Positions 9,959-19,617 of a stretch of 64,000 bases of DNA are shown piece by piece. A program made the position numbers and the translations under genes. Below the pieces are notes generated by a model. It saw only the letters and a program-made list of their open reading frames with translations. It did not search any database and was not told the origin of the DNA. Numbering within the stretch: position 1 is the stretch's first letter; each line of letters begins with the position of its first letter. This DNA comes from Rhodocyclaceae bacterium (lineage in GTDB: Bacteria > Pseudomonadota > Gammaproteobacteria > Burkholderiales > Rhodocyclaceae), in contig DAOQMM010000007.1 of NCBI GenBank assembly GCA_035335645.1, positions 283 to 64,282 on the forward strand. Reading direction: 5' to 3'.

Positions 9959-10792
9959 ATGGCCGAAACCCCCAACACCATCAAGCACGTGGCCTCTCCC
10001 CTCGCGCGCCAGACCCTCCTCGACAGCAGCCTGACCCGCCCCGTGGCCGGCGTGCGCCCCATCCGCCTGCTGCCCTGGCTGCAGGTCGTCAAGATCGGCG
10101 GCCGCGCCATCATGGACCGGGGCGCCGACGCCATCCTGCCCCTCGTCGCCGAGCTCCGCGCGCTGCTGCCCGAACATCGCATGCTGATCCTGACCGGCGC
10201 CGGCATCCGCGCCCGGCATCTGTACGGCGTCGGCCTGGACCTGGGCCTGCCGGTGGGCTCCCTGGCGCCCCTCGCCGCCAGCGAGGCGGGCCAGAACGGC
10301 CACATCCTGGCCGCCATGCTGGCCCCGGACGGGGTCTCCTACGTGGAGCATCCCACCATCGCCAACCAGCTCTCCATCCACCTGGCCGCCGCCCGCGCCG
10401 TGGTGGGCAGCGCCTTCCCCCCGTATCACCACCATGAATTCCCCACCTCGCGCATCCCCCCGCACCGGGCGGATACCGGCGCCTTCCTGATCGCCGACGC
10501 CCTCGGCGCCGCCGGCCTGACCATCGTCGAGGACGTGGACGGTGTCCATGACGCCGACCCCAACGGCCCCGACGGCGCCACAGCCCGGCTGATCCGCGAA
10601 ACAACGTCCGCCGAACTGGCCGACCGGGCCGGCCCGCTGCCCTTCGACCGGGCCCTGGTGGACGTGATGGCCACCGCCCGCCACATCGAAAAGGTGCAGG
10701 TGGTGAACGGTCTCAAGCCGGGCAGCCTCACCGCGGCCCTGCGGGGCGAACACGTGGGCACGCTCATCCATACTGGCGCCCGCCGGGCCTGA
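9959..10792 (+). CDS. mosA: Molybdenum storage protein subunit alpha
   Basis: [13 protein letters not shown]...[15 protein letters not shown]...[11 protein letters not shown] matches A. vinelandii MosA as recalled; paralogous to the upstream gene; GAGGA RBS. Confidence 0.9.
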   Translation: MAETPNTIKHVASPLARQTLLDSSLTRPVAGVRPIRLLPWLQVVKIGGRAIMDRGADAILPLVAELRALLPEHRMLILTGAGIRARHLYGVGLDLGLPVGSLAPLAASEAGQNGHILAAMLAPDGVSYVEHPTIANQLSIHLAAARAVVGSAFPPYHHHEFPTSRIPPHRADTGAFLIADALGAAGLTIVEDVDGVHDADPNGPDGATARLIRETTSAELADRAGPLPFDRALVDVMATARHIEKVQVVNGLKPGSLTAALRGEHVGTLIHTGARRA

Positions 10793-10802
10793 CGCCCACA
10801 CC

Positions 10803-10821
10803 CCGGGTCGTCTAGACCCGG
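10803..10821 (+). terminator. Stem-loop after mosA (probable terminator)
   Basis: CCGGGTC-GTCTA-GACCCGG perfect 7-bp stem 10 nt after the stop. Confidence 0.5.
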
Positions 10822-11178
10822 AAAATTCCTCACTGACGCCATGGGCCGAACCACCCGGCCCGCTCGCAATGTTCTCGTGAGTGCGTCGCCCCACGGCCCC
10901 GTCTCCCACACACCCGTCCAGATCGAACTGCTGCGCCCAGAGGAGCACCCACGCAACACGCCGGAGCGCACCCCCGCCGTCGCGCCATCGCTCTCATTGA
11001 ATGCCGAGCGCACGCCCAGGCGCCCGCGGCCGCCCGACGGACGCCGCGATGGGCCTTTAACCCGGATCGCGCCCACACAACGGGCATCCCCTCGCCGGAC
11101 CGATGCCCGCAATCAATTAACATTTGCTAATATACCAATTCCTATCCGACGCACCATCGGATGCTCCGCATCCTCCTC

Positions 11179-11598
11179 ATGAAAAAACGCTACTGGGCCC
11201 TCCTTGCCCTGCTCGTCGTCATCGCCCTCGATGCCTGGCTGCGCATGCCCGACGCGCGCTCCCGCCAGCTCACTGCTGCACTCGAAGCGCAGGCCAGCCC
11301 GGAGATGAAGGCCTACCCCTATCACTTCCACGTGATGAAGTTCCAGGGCGACACGGCCTGGCTGAGTACGCCGCGCAACGTGGACGTCCCGGCCGCCAGG
11401 GCCATCGCGGCGATGTTTCCCGAGGTCGACACCCACAACCCGGACAACCCGGCCTTCATCGCCGCCCAGCAGCGCCTGGGCGAGGTGCAGGGTCAGGCGC
11501 GGGCGATCGTCCTGTCCCAGTCCGGCGTTGCCCAGGTCCGCTGGGAACTGGACCGGGACTGGCTGACCGCCCACGCCATCGACGTACCGACGCACTGA
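11179..11598 (+). CDS. Hypothetical membrane-anchored/exported protein
   Basis: N-terminal basic residues plus a TM (MKKRYWALLALLVVIAL); GC3-rich codon usage; AT-rich promoter-like region at about 11110-11140. Confidence 0.7.
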   Translation: MKKRYWALLALLVVIALDAWLRMPDARSRQLTAALEAQASPEMKAYPYHFHVMKFQGDTAWLSTPRNVDVPAARAIAAMFPEVDTHNPDNPAFIAAQQRLGEVQGQARAIVLSQSGVAQVRWELDRDWLTAHAIDVPTH

Positions 11599-11748
11599 GC
11601 CCCATCCCCGGGGCGGCCCCGCCACCATTCAGAACCGGTCAATCCGGTCGATAAAGGAGTCCTCCTCCGCCGGCCTGAAGGGCTGTCGCCCCACCTGCGA
11701 CCTCCCGCCGCCGTCCGGACGCTCCCGTATCGACCGAAGGATGGTTCC

Positions 11749-13068
11749 GTGGCATTTCTTTCCCGACTGATGGGCCTTTTTGGGGGGCGCAAGGCCGACC
11801 CGGCGCCTGCGCCCGCGGCCCCGCCACCCGCCCGCAACCCGCGTGCCGCACCGACACCGCCGGTGCCCGCCGAGCCGCGCATCTTCGTCGGCTGGACCGA
11901 GATGATCGACGCCAAGGCGCGCATCGGCGCCTACCTGCTCGCGCCCAACGGGCTGCAGGCCGGTGCGACGGTCTCCGGCCCGCAGTTGCTGGAGGCCCTG
12001 GAGCGGGAGCGCGTCGCGCGCTTTGCCGAGCGCCGGCCGGTGCTCATCCCGATCACGCCGACCCAGTGGGCGGCTGCGGACTTCCGGCGCATTGCCGCCC
12101 CCCTCACCGTCTTCCTGCTGCGCGAGTTGCCCACCCACGCGGCGGCGCGGCAGGCCCTGCTGGCGGAGCTGCGCAGCCATAACCTGCGCGTGGCCCTGGT
12201 GGCGGCGGACTGGACGTCCGACGATCCTGCCTGCGCACCGGACATGCTCCTGGTGGATTTACGCTCGGCCCCCCTGGCGCGCATCGAGGCCCAGGTGCAG
12301 CAGATCCGCCGCACCCACCCCCGCATGGTGCTGGCGGCGGAGAACCTGGACTCCTGGTCCGAGCACCGCCTGTGCCAGTCCCTGGGTTTCGCCTACAGCC
12401 TGGGTGCCTTCACCACCACTGCCGACGAGCCGGATGAGACGCGGCAGATCTCCGGCAGCCGCCTGGTGGTGCTGGAGCTCCTCAACCTGCTGCGCACCGA
12501 AGCCCCGCCGGCTCAGATCGTCGCCACCGCCAAGCGCGATCCGGCCATCGTGCTGCGCCTCCTGGCCCTGGCCAATTCGCCCGCCTACGGGCTGGCCAAG
12601 CAGGTCAGCAACCTGGAAGAGATGATGATGGTGCTGGGTCGCGACGCCCTCTACCGCTGGCTGGCCGTCGCCCTGTTCCGCCTCGGCCACGACGACGGAC
12701 GGGACCAGACCCTGCTCGTGGTGGCCCTGGGCCGGGCCGGCTTCCTGGAATCCCTGGTGCTGGAATCGGAGCGCGCCACCCGCGACGAGCTCTTCCTGGT
12801 GGGCCTGCTGTCGGTCATCGACAGCCTGCTCGGTCAGCCCATGGACAAGGTGCTGGACCGCATGACCCTGCCCCCCGCCGTGACGGCCGCCCTGCTGCGC
12901 CGGGACGGGCCCTACGCGCCCTATCTGTTCCTCGTCACCGCCCTGGAACGTTGCCGCCTCGATCAGGCCGCGATGGTGGCCGAGGCCCTCAAGATCGACA
13001 CCGCCCACCTCATCGACTGCTACAGTCAGGCCATGGAATGGGCCACCGACGAGCTGATGCGCGACTGA
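11749..13068 (+). CDS. EAL-HDOD domain protein with degenerate EAL domain
   Basis: C-terminal HDOD pattern (KRDPAIVLRLLALANSPAYG...LFLVGLLSVIDSLLGQPM); N-terminal EAL-like region lacks the EAL motif. Confidence 0.8.
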   Translation: MAFLSRLMGLFGGRKADPAPAPAAPPPARNPRAAPTPPVPAEPRIFVGWTEMIDAKARIGAYLLAPNGLQAGATVSGPQLLEALERERVARFAERRPVLIPITPTQWAAADFRRIAAPLTVFLLRELPTHAAARQALLAELRSHNLRVALVAADWTSDDPACAPDMLLVDLRSAPLARIEAQVQQIRRTHPRMVLAAENLDSWSEHRLCQSLGFAYSLGAFTTTADEPDETRQISGSRLVVLELLNLLRTEAPPAQIVATAKRDPAIVLRLLALANSPAYGLAKQVSNLEEMMMVLGRDALYRWLAVALFRLGHDDGRDQTLLVVALGRAGFLESLVLESERATRDELFLVGLLSVIDSLLGQPMDKVLDRMTLPPAVTAALLRRDGPYAPYLFLVTALERCRLDQAAMVAEALKIDTAHLIDCYSQAMEWATDELMRD

Positions 13069-13080
13069 TGATCCCCCGCC

Positions 13081-14337
13081 TCAGGGGCGGGACGCAGCAT
13101 GTTCCGCCACCTGATCCGCCAGGCGCCGGGCACGGCCGGCCAGATGCAGTACGAACAGCACCAGCACCACGCCCTCTCCCACCAGCGTCGGCCCGGCCCC
13201 GAGCGCCGCGGCGATCACCCCCGCCAGCAAGCCGCCCAGGGCGTCGAAACCGAAGCGTGCCGACGTGAAGAAGGACACCACCCGGCCCCGCAGCCGGTCT
13301 GGCGCGATGCTCTGCAGCAGCATGTTGATGCCCACGTTGCACACCGAGATCCCGAATCCCAGGCCCACCATCGCCGCCAGCGCCACCCCGAAGCGCGTTG
13401 TCAGCCCGAAGACCAGCAGCGCCGCCGCGCTGATCGCGGTCCCTGCGCACACCGCCTTCACCAGCCCCGGCACCGAGCGCCGCGTGGCCAGAAAGACCGT
13501 CGATCCGAAGGCCCCACACCCCGCCGCCCCCCACAGCCAGCCCAGGGTGCGGGCGTCGCCGCCGAACACGTCGCGGGCAAACACCGGCAGCAGCACCGCG
13601 TAGGACGAAGCCGTCAGGTTGAGGGCGACGAGGATCACGATCAGGCTGCGCACCAGCCAGGTCTCCCAGGCATAGCGCACCCCTTCCCGGAAAATGTGAC
13701 CCATGGAGCCGGCCGCCCGCGGCGTGGCGCTGTCCTTCACCCGCCACACCGCCACGAAGAGGGCCACGAAGGAGCAGGCGTTGAGCGCGAAGCACGCCGC
13801 CTCCGAGGTCCACCCCAGCAGCAGACCGGCGATGGGCGGCCCGACGAAGCGGCCGGAGTTGAACAGCATCGCGTTGAGGGCCAGCGCATTGGGCAGATCC
13901 TCCCGCCGCGCCACAAAGGCCCCGATCAGGGACTGGCGCAGGGGCGTGTCGAAGCTGTTGAGCACCCCCACCCCGGCCGCCAGGATCACCAGCATCGTTG
14001 GCCCCACCGCCTCCGCCCAGGTCAGCCCGGCCAGGATCAGCGCCTGGGCCACCAGCAGCACCTGCACGCCCAGCAGCAGGCGGCGCTTGTCGTGGCGGTC
14101 GATCCACGCCCCCGCCAGCGGGCCGACCAGCAACTGGGGAATCAGCGCAGCAAAGGCCGTGACCCCCAGCAGCGCCGACGAGCCAGTGAGCCGATACACC
14201 AGCCAGGCCATCGCCACCTGCTGGATCCACGACCCCAGGATGGACACCGCCTGGCCGAAGAAATACAGGCGGAAATTGCGATGGGCCAGCGCCCGCAGGG
14301 GACCGGGCAGACGGGATGAGGGTTCGACGGATGACAT
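13081..14337 (-). CDS. MFS transporter (H+ antiporter/macrolide-efflux-like)
   Basis: About 12 TM; HRNFRLYFFGQAVSILGSWIQQVA and GAWIDRHDKRRLL motifs. Confidence 0.9.
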   Translation of the reverse strand: MSSVEPSSRLPGPLRALAHRNFRLYFFGQAVSILGSWIQQVAMAWLVYRLTGSSALLGVTAFAALIPQLLVGPLAGAWIDRHDKRRLLLGVQVLLVAQALILAGLTWAEAVGPTMLVILAAGVGVLNSFDTPLRQSLIGAFVARREDLPNALALNAMLFNSGRFVGPPIAGLLLGWTSEAACFALNACSFVALFVAVWRVKDSATPRAAGSMGHIFREGVRYAWETWLVRSLIVILVALNLTASSYAVLLPVFARDVFGGDARTLGWLWGAAGCGAFGSTVFLATRRSVPGLVKAVCAGTAISAAALLVFGLTTRFGVALAAMVGLGFGISVCNVGINMLLQSIAPDRLRGRVVSFFTSARFGFDALGGLLAGVIAAALGAGPTLVGEGVVLVLFVLHLAGRARRLADQVAEHAASRP

Positions 14338-14629
14338 GGAGGACAACGCGAGGCACCGCACGTCGCCGGAACGGACGACGCACGAAAGTGCGCGATTGTG
14401 CCTGAGTCGCAGTCGGCCGGCACGACCACGGAGGACCTTGACGTCACGGTCCGCGAGGATCCGCCACATCCTCGCGGCCGTGTCGCCTGCGGGCAGCGAC
14501 GGCTTCACGCGGGGGCCGTCGCCCCACCGCCCGAATCGCCCCTGCGGTCCTTTGCTCCGGCCGGACGAGATCCGCACATCGCCAATGGAGAGGACTGCAT
14601 CCCGGCACGACCGGGACGCAGTCTGCCCT

Positions 14630-15037
14630 TTACTGCCGACCTTCCAGCAGACGCTTGAAGTTGTCGAGGATGGCCTGCCAGCCGCTCCGCTGCTGCTCGG
14701 CAGGAAACTCGTTCTCCGCGTCGAAGGAGATCTTCACGCGGACCCCGGTGGCGTCCTCGGAGAACTCGACCCGCGCCCGGCGATCCCCAAAGGCGTATTC
14801 GAGCAGACGCTCGGGCACGACCTGGGTATAGGTGCCGGCAAAATCGAATCCGAAGCTGCCGTCCTTCGCCTCCATGCGCGACGAGAAGGTGCCGCCCACC
14901 CGAAGATCCACGCTGGCGCGCGTGGTGTGCCAATCGTCGGAGGCGGCGTTCCACAGGACGATGTCCTCGGGCGTCGTATAGGCCCGCCACACCGCTGCGA
15001 GGGGCGCCCGGATCGTCGTCTCGACCGTGATTTTCAT
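14630..15037 (-). CDS. SRPBCC / AHSA1 family ligand-binding protein
   Basis: MKITVETTIRAPLAAVWRAYTTPEDI...DLRVGGTFSSRMEAKDGSFGFDF...GWQAILDNF. Confidence 0.9.
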   Translation of the reverse strand: MKITVETTIRAPLAAVWRAYTTPEDIVLWNAASDDWHTTRASVDLRVGGTFSSRMEAKDGSFGFDFAGTYTQVVPERLLEYAFGDRRARVEFSEDATGVRVKISFDAENEFPAEQQRSGWQAILDNFKRLLEGRQ

Positions 15038-15255
15038 AGTCTCTCCTGGTGGGTCATGGGTGCCATGGGATCGAATGCGCGGAGGCGCCCCCACCGGCAT
15101 CCTGGGGAGATGTGAGCTTACGCGCGCCGGGCGGAAAAGCGGAAGTCCCGCGCCGCATGGACAGGAACGCCTCGACGATACGCCCCGTTCCGTGCCGGCG
15201 GCGGAGACCTCATCCGTACGGCCGGCCCGCGGGCCCCGGAGCATCCGGTGGGCCG

Positions 15256-15975
15256 TCAGGACGGCGATGTCCGCACGCCCGGGATCCTCCCGCACAGATT
15301 TCCCCCACGGGCATCCACGATCTCCAGCCGGTACCCGGCGGGCCGCACCGGCACCACCGGGGCCTGCGCACCGAAACACCACACGCCGGGCGGCTGCGGC
15401 CCCGCACGGCTTGCTTCGCCCAGGGCATTGATCACCTCGAAACACCCCTGCGGGTGCTCGCGCCCTGTCACACGGTCCGGCCCCTCTGCCGGCCGGCACC
15501 GGATCGACACCTGCAAGCGCCCGTCGGCCGTCCACACGCCCTCCAGTTCATCCGGGGAGACTGCCACGGGCGCCAGCGTGCCGCCCTGGCCAGGGACACC
15601 CACGCCGAAGGTAAGCAGCCGCAGGGCCGAACGGATCGCGTCGGGCGTCGCCCGGCGGGGCAGCGCCCCGGTCCACACGACCAGCGTCAGGTCCGCCGCA
15701 GCGGCGTCACCGTCTGGCGGCGCGCACATCCTTTCGATACCGGCCACCGGCCAGGCCTGTGCCATCTGCTCGGAAAACGGCCAGGCGTGGCGCGCCGCGC
15801 CGAATTCCAGGGCATGGCCGACCTCCGCCAGCTGCGGCGCGACCGTCGCCCAGTCGGCAAGGGCCGCGTCCAGACTGCGGGCGATACCCTCCACGGGCTG
15901 GCACAGGCTCAGATCGTGGCTCACCACGGCCAGCGCCGGTTCCCCACGCGGGCGGGGCAGTCGGGTCAGTTTCAT
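15256..15975 (-). CDS. Divergent fumarylacetoacetate hydrolase family-like protein
   Basis: N-terminus (LAVVSHDL...SLDAALADWATVAPQL...GAARHAWPF) and APVAVSPDEL motif match the FAH family; catalytic core appears shortened; GGAGG-like context at start. Confidence 0.55.
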   Translation of the reverse strand: MKLTRLPRPRGEPALAVVSHDLSLCQPVEGIARSLDAALADWATVAPQLAEVGHALEFGAARHAWPFSEQMAQAWPVAGIERMCAPPDGDAAAADLTLVVWTGALPRRATPDAIRSALRLLTFGVGVPGQGGTLAPVAVSPDELEGVWTADGRLQVSIRCRPAEGPDRVTGREHPQGCFEVINALGEASRAGPQPPGVWCFGAQAPVVPVRPAGYRLEIVDARGGNLCGRIPGVRTSPS

Positions 15976-16134
15976 GGAGGCGCGTCGCTGGCGGGCCGTA
16001 CCGGCCCATGGACGGCCCGATTGACGGGCGCCGTCCTGCCGCGGAGGATGATGCACCGGACGCGCAGCGGCCGGCGGCGGGCGATGCGTGCCGGCCGTTG
16101 CGGATCCACCCTCGAGCGAGGCTCACGCGCCCTC

Positions 16135-16635
16135 ATGTCCGACAAGACCCTGCTCATCGTCTATCACTCCATGACCGATGCCACCCGGCAGCTGGCCGTG
16201 GCGGTCGCCCATGGTGCCGCGTGCGAGCCGGCCAGCGTCGCCGTGCGCCTGCTGCGGGCGCCCGACGCCAGCCCGGACGACGTGCTGGCGGCCGACGGCT
16301 ACGTGTTCGCCACCCCGGAAAACCTGGCCAGCATGGCCGGGATGATGAAGGACTTCTTCGACCGCTGCTATTACCCGGCGCTCGACCGCGTCAACGGCCG
16401 GCCTTACGCCAGCCTGGTGTGCGCCGGCAGCGACGGCAGCGGCGCCGTGCGCCAGATTGCGCGCATCGCCACCGGCTGGCGGCTGAAGGAGATCGCGCCG
16501 CCCCTGGTGGTGTGCACCCATGCCCAGACGCTGGAAGCCATCCTTGCGCCCAAGGTCGTGGGGGTGGACGCCCTTGCCCGCGGCGAGGAGCTGGGCGCGG
16601 CCTTCGCCACCGGGCTGGCGATCGGCGCCTTCTAG
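16135..16635 (+). CDS. Flavodoxin family protein / NAD(P)H-dependent oxidoreductase
   Basis: LLIVYHSMTDAT, ADGYVFATPENLASMAGMMKDFFDR and AGSDGSGA motifs. Confidence 0.85.
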   Translation: MSDKTLLIVYHSMTDATRQLAVAVAHGAACEPASVAVRLLRAPDASPDDVLAADGYVFATPENLASMAGMMKDFFDRCYYPALDRVNGRPYASLVCAGSDGSGAVRQIARIATGWRLKEIAPPLVVCTHAQTLEAILAPKVVGVDALARGEELGAAFATGLAIGAF

Positions 16636-17870
16636 GCGGCGCACGCCGCCCGCAGCCCGCGGCCGATGTCGACCGCTTCGTCCAGGCGCGGCAGCAGCAC
16701 GGCCACGATGGACGCGTCCACCCGCCCCTGGCCGGCCAGATCGTTCATGAAGGCGGCCACCTCGGGCGGCGGCAGCCCGGCGCGGTAGGGTCGATCCTGA
16801 ATCATGGCCTGGAAGATGTCGGCCACGCGCAGGATGCGCGCCTCGACGGGCAGCTGCTCACCCTGCAGGTGGAAGGGATAACCGCGGCCGTTGGGCTCCT
16901 CGTGGTGCCAGGCTGCCCAGCGGGCGATGTCCTCGAACCCGGCGATGTCCCGCAGGATCTGGAAAGTCTCGAAACTGTGGGTGCGCATCACGGCCCGCTC
17001 GGCCTCGTCCAGCCGGCCGGGCTTGTCGAGGATCTCGTCGGGCACCCGCAGCTTGCCCAGGTCGTGGAGCAGGCCGGCGATCTCGATCCGTTCGCAGGCC
17101 GCGGCGTCCATGTCCAGCGCCGCGGCCAGCAAACGCGCCACGCCGGCCACGCCAATCGAGTGGGCGGCCGTGAAGGGACTCTTGGCGTCGACGATGCAGG
17201 CAAAGATCCCGGCCAGCTGATGCAGCTCCTGCACCGACGCCGGGACGGCCGGCCCGTCGAAGCGGCGGGTGCGAAGGAAGGCCTGGATGGCCCGCGGCTC
17301 CTGCATCAGCCAGAAGGATTCCCGCGCGGAGGCCCGCAGAAAGGCGTCCACCAGGCGCGGATCGAAGTAGTGCCCGGCGTGGCCGGCGATCTCGTCGCGA
17401 ATCCTGCCCGTGTGCAGCAGCAGTTCGCCCCGCGCCTGCCAGGACGCCGCGAGGGCATCGACCCGATCCACCAGGTAGATCAGGTTCGCCTGCCGCGCCA
17501 CGTCGTCGGGTAGCCCGATGGTCGTCAGCACCTCCCAGCGGGTGTGGTGATAGCGCACCGGCAGGGCGAGAGGCTGCAGGGGCGGGAATCGCCCGAGCAG
17601 GGCGAAGCCGGTCTCACAGTGATCCTGGGCACCGTCCCAGTCGAAGTGGCCGACCAGCTTGCCGTGGGTGCGCGTGGATGAGACACCGATGTCGTGGAGC
17701 ATGCCCAGATCGAAGCAGAAGCGGACCTCCGCGTCGGTCAGGCCCAGTTCGCGGGCACATTCGGCCGCCATCAGGCCCACGCGCTTGCCGTGGGCCACGT
17801 CGTCCACGCCCACCAGGTCGAGGGCTTCGGAGAGGGCCTGGATGACGTGGCGGAGATCGGTCTGGGTCAC
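16632..17870 (-). CDS. Tandem HD-GYP domain cyclic-dinucleotide phosphodiesterase
   Basis: Two HD motifs (MLHDIG, LLHDLGK); C-terminal HHEEPNGRGYP and RPYR; N-terminal copy lacks GYP. Confidence 0.9.
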   Translation of the reverse strand: MTQTDLRHVIQALSEALDLVGVDDVAHGKRVGLMAAECARELGLTDAEVRFCFDLGMLHDIGVSSTRTHGKLVGHFDWDGAQDHCETGFALLGRFPPLQPLALPVRYHHTRWEVLTTIGLPDDVARQANLIYLVDRVDALAASWQARGELLLHTGRIRDEIAGHAGHYFDPRLVDAFLRASARESFWLMQEPRAIQAFLRTRRFDGPAVPASVQELHQLAGIFACIVDAKSPFTAAHSIGVAGVARLLAAALDMDAAACERIEIAGLLHDLGKLRVPDEILDKPGRLDEAERAVMRTHSFETFQILRDIAGFEDIARWAAWHHEEPNGRGYPFHLQGEQLPVEARILRVADIFQAMIQDRPYRAGLPPPEVAAFMNDLAGQGRVDASIVAVLLPRLDEAVDIGRGLRAACAA

Positions 17871-18007
17871 GGGCGCGCCTCGCTAAAGGGAGTTCGAGGG
17901 AGGGAAGTCCGCGGACGCAGCGCCGGGCCGGCCTCCAGCATGCCTTATCGGACGGTTGGCCCGGGATCTTGATCGCTGCGGCATGGCCTGCGCGGACAAC
18001 GCTGCGC

Positions 18008-18442
18008 TCAGCCCCCCTGCCCGTTGCTGTCGCGCCAGAAGCGTTCCATCGCGATGTAGGTGTAGGACGCCGACCAGCCGATCAAGAGCAGCCCGTTGAG
18101 CGCCTCGACGCCCGCCAGCAGCCTCACCGCGCCGCCGGGCACCACATCCCCATAGCCAAGGGACGTGTAGGTTTCCGCCGAAAAGTACAGGGAGACGTCG
18201 AGGGAGAATCGGCTGGATTCGTCCAGCGTGCCGTAGCCGCCCCACTGCACCAGGGCATACACGACCAGCGCATAGAGCGCGATCTCGACGATGTGGGCAA
18301 AGAAGGTCGAGAAGATCACCACCAGCAGGCGCGCCCGCGGGCGGATCGTGAGGGTCGGCAGCAGCAGGCTCAGCCCGCGCAGGACCTCATAATGGATGAC
18401 CGTGGTGACGATCAGCAGTGCCAGGCAGGCCAGTACGACCAT
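18008..18442 (-). CDS. Small potassium channel family protein (Ion_trans_2 pore)
   Basis: YFSAETYTSLGYGD pore/filter motif flanked by TM helices. Confidence 0.85.
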   Translation of the reverse strand: MVVLACLALLIVTTVIHYEVLRGLSLLLPTLTIRPRARLLVVIFSTFFAHIVEIALYALVVYALVQWGGYGTLDESSRFSLDVSLYFSAETYTSLGYGDVVPGGAVRLLAGVEALNGLLLIGWSASYTYIAMERFWRDSNGQGG

Positions 18443-18539
18443 GTGCGCTTCCCCTTGTCCCTTCTTTCGCTGAGGCCCGGATTATCCCATCGGGAACGGT
18501 CAGGGCGCTGCACCAAGGGGAAAGCAAACGTAAGGGCGA

Positions 18540-19460
18540 TCAGCTCCGGGCGACGCCACCAGCGACCGCCACCCGCGTGCCCTGCGGCGCATGATGCGCG
18601 GCCCGGTAGAAGTTCAGGATGCGGCGCACGTATTCCTGGGTCTCGGCGTAAGGCGGCACGCCGCCGTGACGGGTCACGGCGCCCTCGCCGGCGTTGTAGG
18701 CCGCGGCGGTCAGGGCCACGTCGCCCTTGAACTGGGCCAGCAGCGTACGCAGGTAGGCCAGCCCGCCGCGGATGTTCTGTTCCGGGTCGAGGGCGTCGCG
18801 CACGCCAAAGCGTTCGGCGGTGTCCGGGATGAGCTGCATCAGGCCGACGGCGTTCTTCGGCGAACGGGCCGCGGCGTCGAAGTTGGACTCGGTGCGGACG
18901 ATGGCCAGGGCCAGGCGGGCATCCACGCTGAAGCGCGGAGCGAGCTTCTGGATCAGCTGGGCGTGGCGGCGCTTGTCGGCCGGCAGCGCGCGCACGTAGC
19001 GATCCACAATGTCCTGGGGCACGACCTCGTCAACGACCGCCACGGCCGCCTCCGGCGCCCCGCCGCGGGTCAGACAATCGGGCAGGCGATCACCGGCGGG
19101 GAGCCCGCCCAGCAGGCTGCGGGCGCGCTCGTGCCCGCGTTCGGCGGCCACGGCGAGGAGGTTGACGGCCAGCTGGTTGTCCCGGGCAAGCCCCTGACCG
19201 ATCAGGTACAGGCGGCCAAGGCGATACTGGCCTTCCGTGCTGCCCTCACGGGCGGCGGCGCAGTAGTGGCTGGCGGCCTGCGCGGGCAGGTGTTGACGTT
19301 CGGCCTGGTAGCCACGCTCCAGCAGGCGTGCCACGGCGGGCGCCTCCTCGCTCCATTCCGGCGCGTCCGCCGGGACGGCCTCGAGCGTGCCGCCGCGAGC
19401 CCCACCGGTGACGGCGAGCAGGAGCAGGACGGACAACAGGCGAAGGACGGGACGTAACAT
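18540..19460 (-). CDS. Lytic transglycosylase (SLT domain) with Sel1-like repeat
   Basis: Signal peptide; AIVRTESNF...AVGLMQL...AAYNAGEG...ETQEYV SLT motifs; GQYRLGRLYLIGQG Sel1 pattern. Confidence 0.9.
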   Translation of the reverse strand: MLRPVLRLLSVLLLLAVTGGARGGTLEAVPADAPEWSEEAPAVARLLERGYQAERQHLPAQAASHYCAAAREGSTEGQYRLGRLYLIGQGLARDNQLAVNLLAVAAERGHERARSLLGGLPAGDRLPDCLTRGGAPEAAVAVVDEVVPQDIVDRYVRALPADKRRHAQLIQKLAPRFSVDARLALAIVRTESNFDAAARSPKNAVGLMQLIPDTAERFGVRDALDPEQNIRGGLAYLRTLLAQFKGDVALTAAAYNAGEGAVTRHGGVPPYAETQEYVRRILNFYRAAHHAPQGTRVAVAGGVARS

Positions 19461-19617
19461 CGGGGCGCATGGAGACTCGGGGCGTCCGCATCATGCCGCC
19501 CATGCCGGCGTCAGCGCGTGAAGCATTCGACATTCCCCCGTACATCCCGTCCGAGCGGTCGGTGGAACGGTCAATCCGTCACGCGGCGGGCGGCGCGGCC
19601 CCGGGCCAGCGGCGCCC

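Noticed and set aside
18008-18442. Unusual K+ channel selectivity filter (SLGYGD)
   Set aside because: This variant is common in small bacterial Ion_trans_2 proteins and is not distinctive
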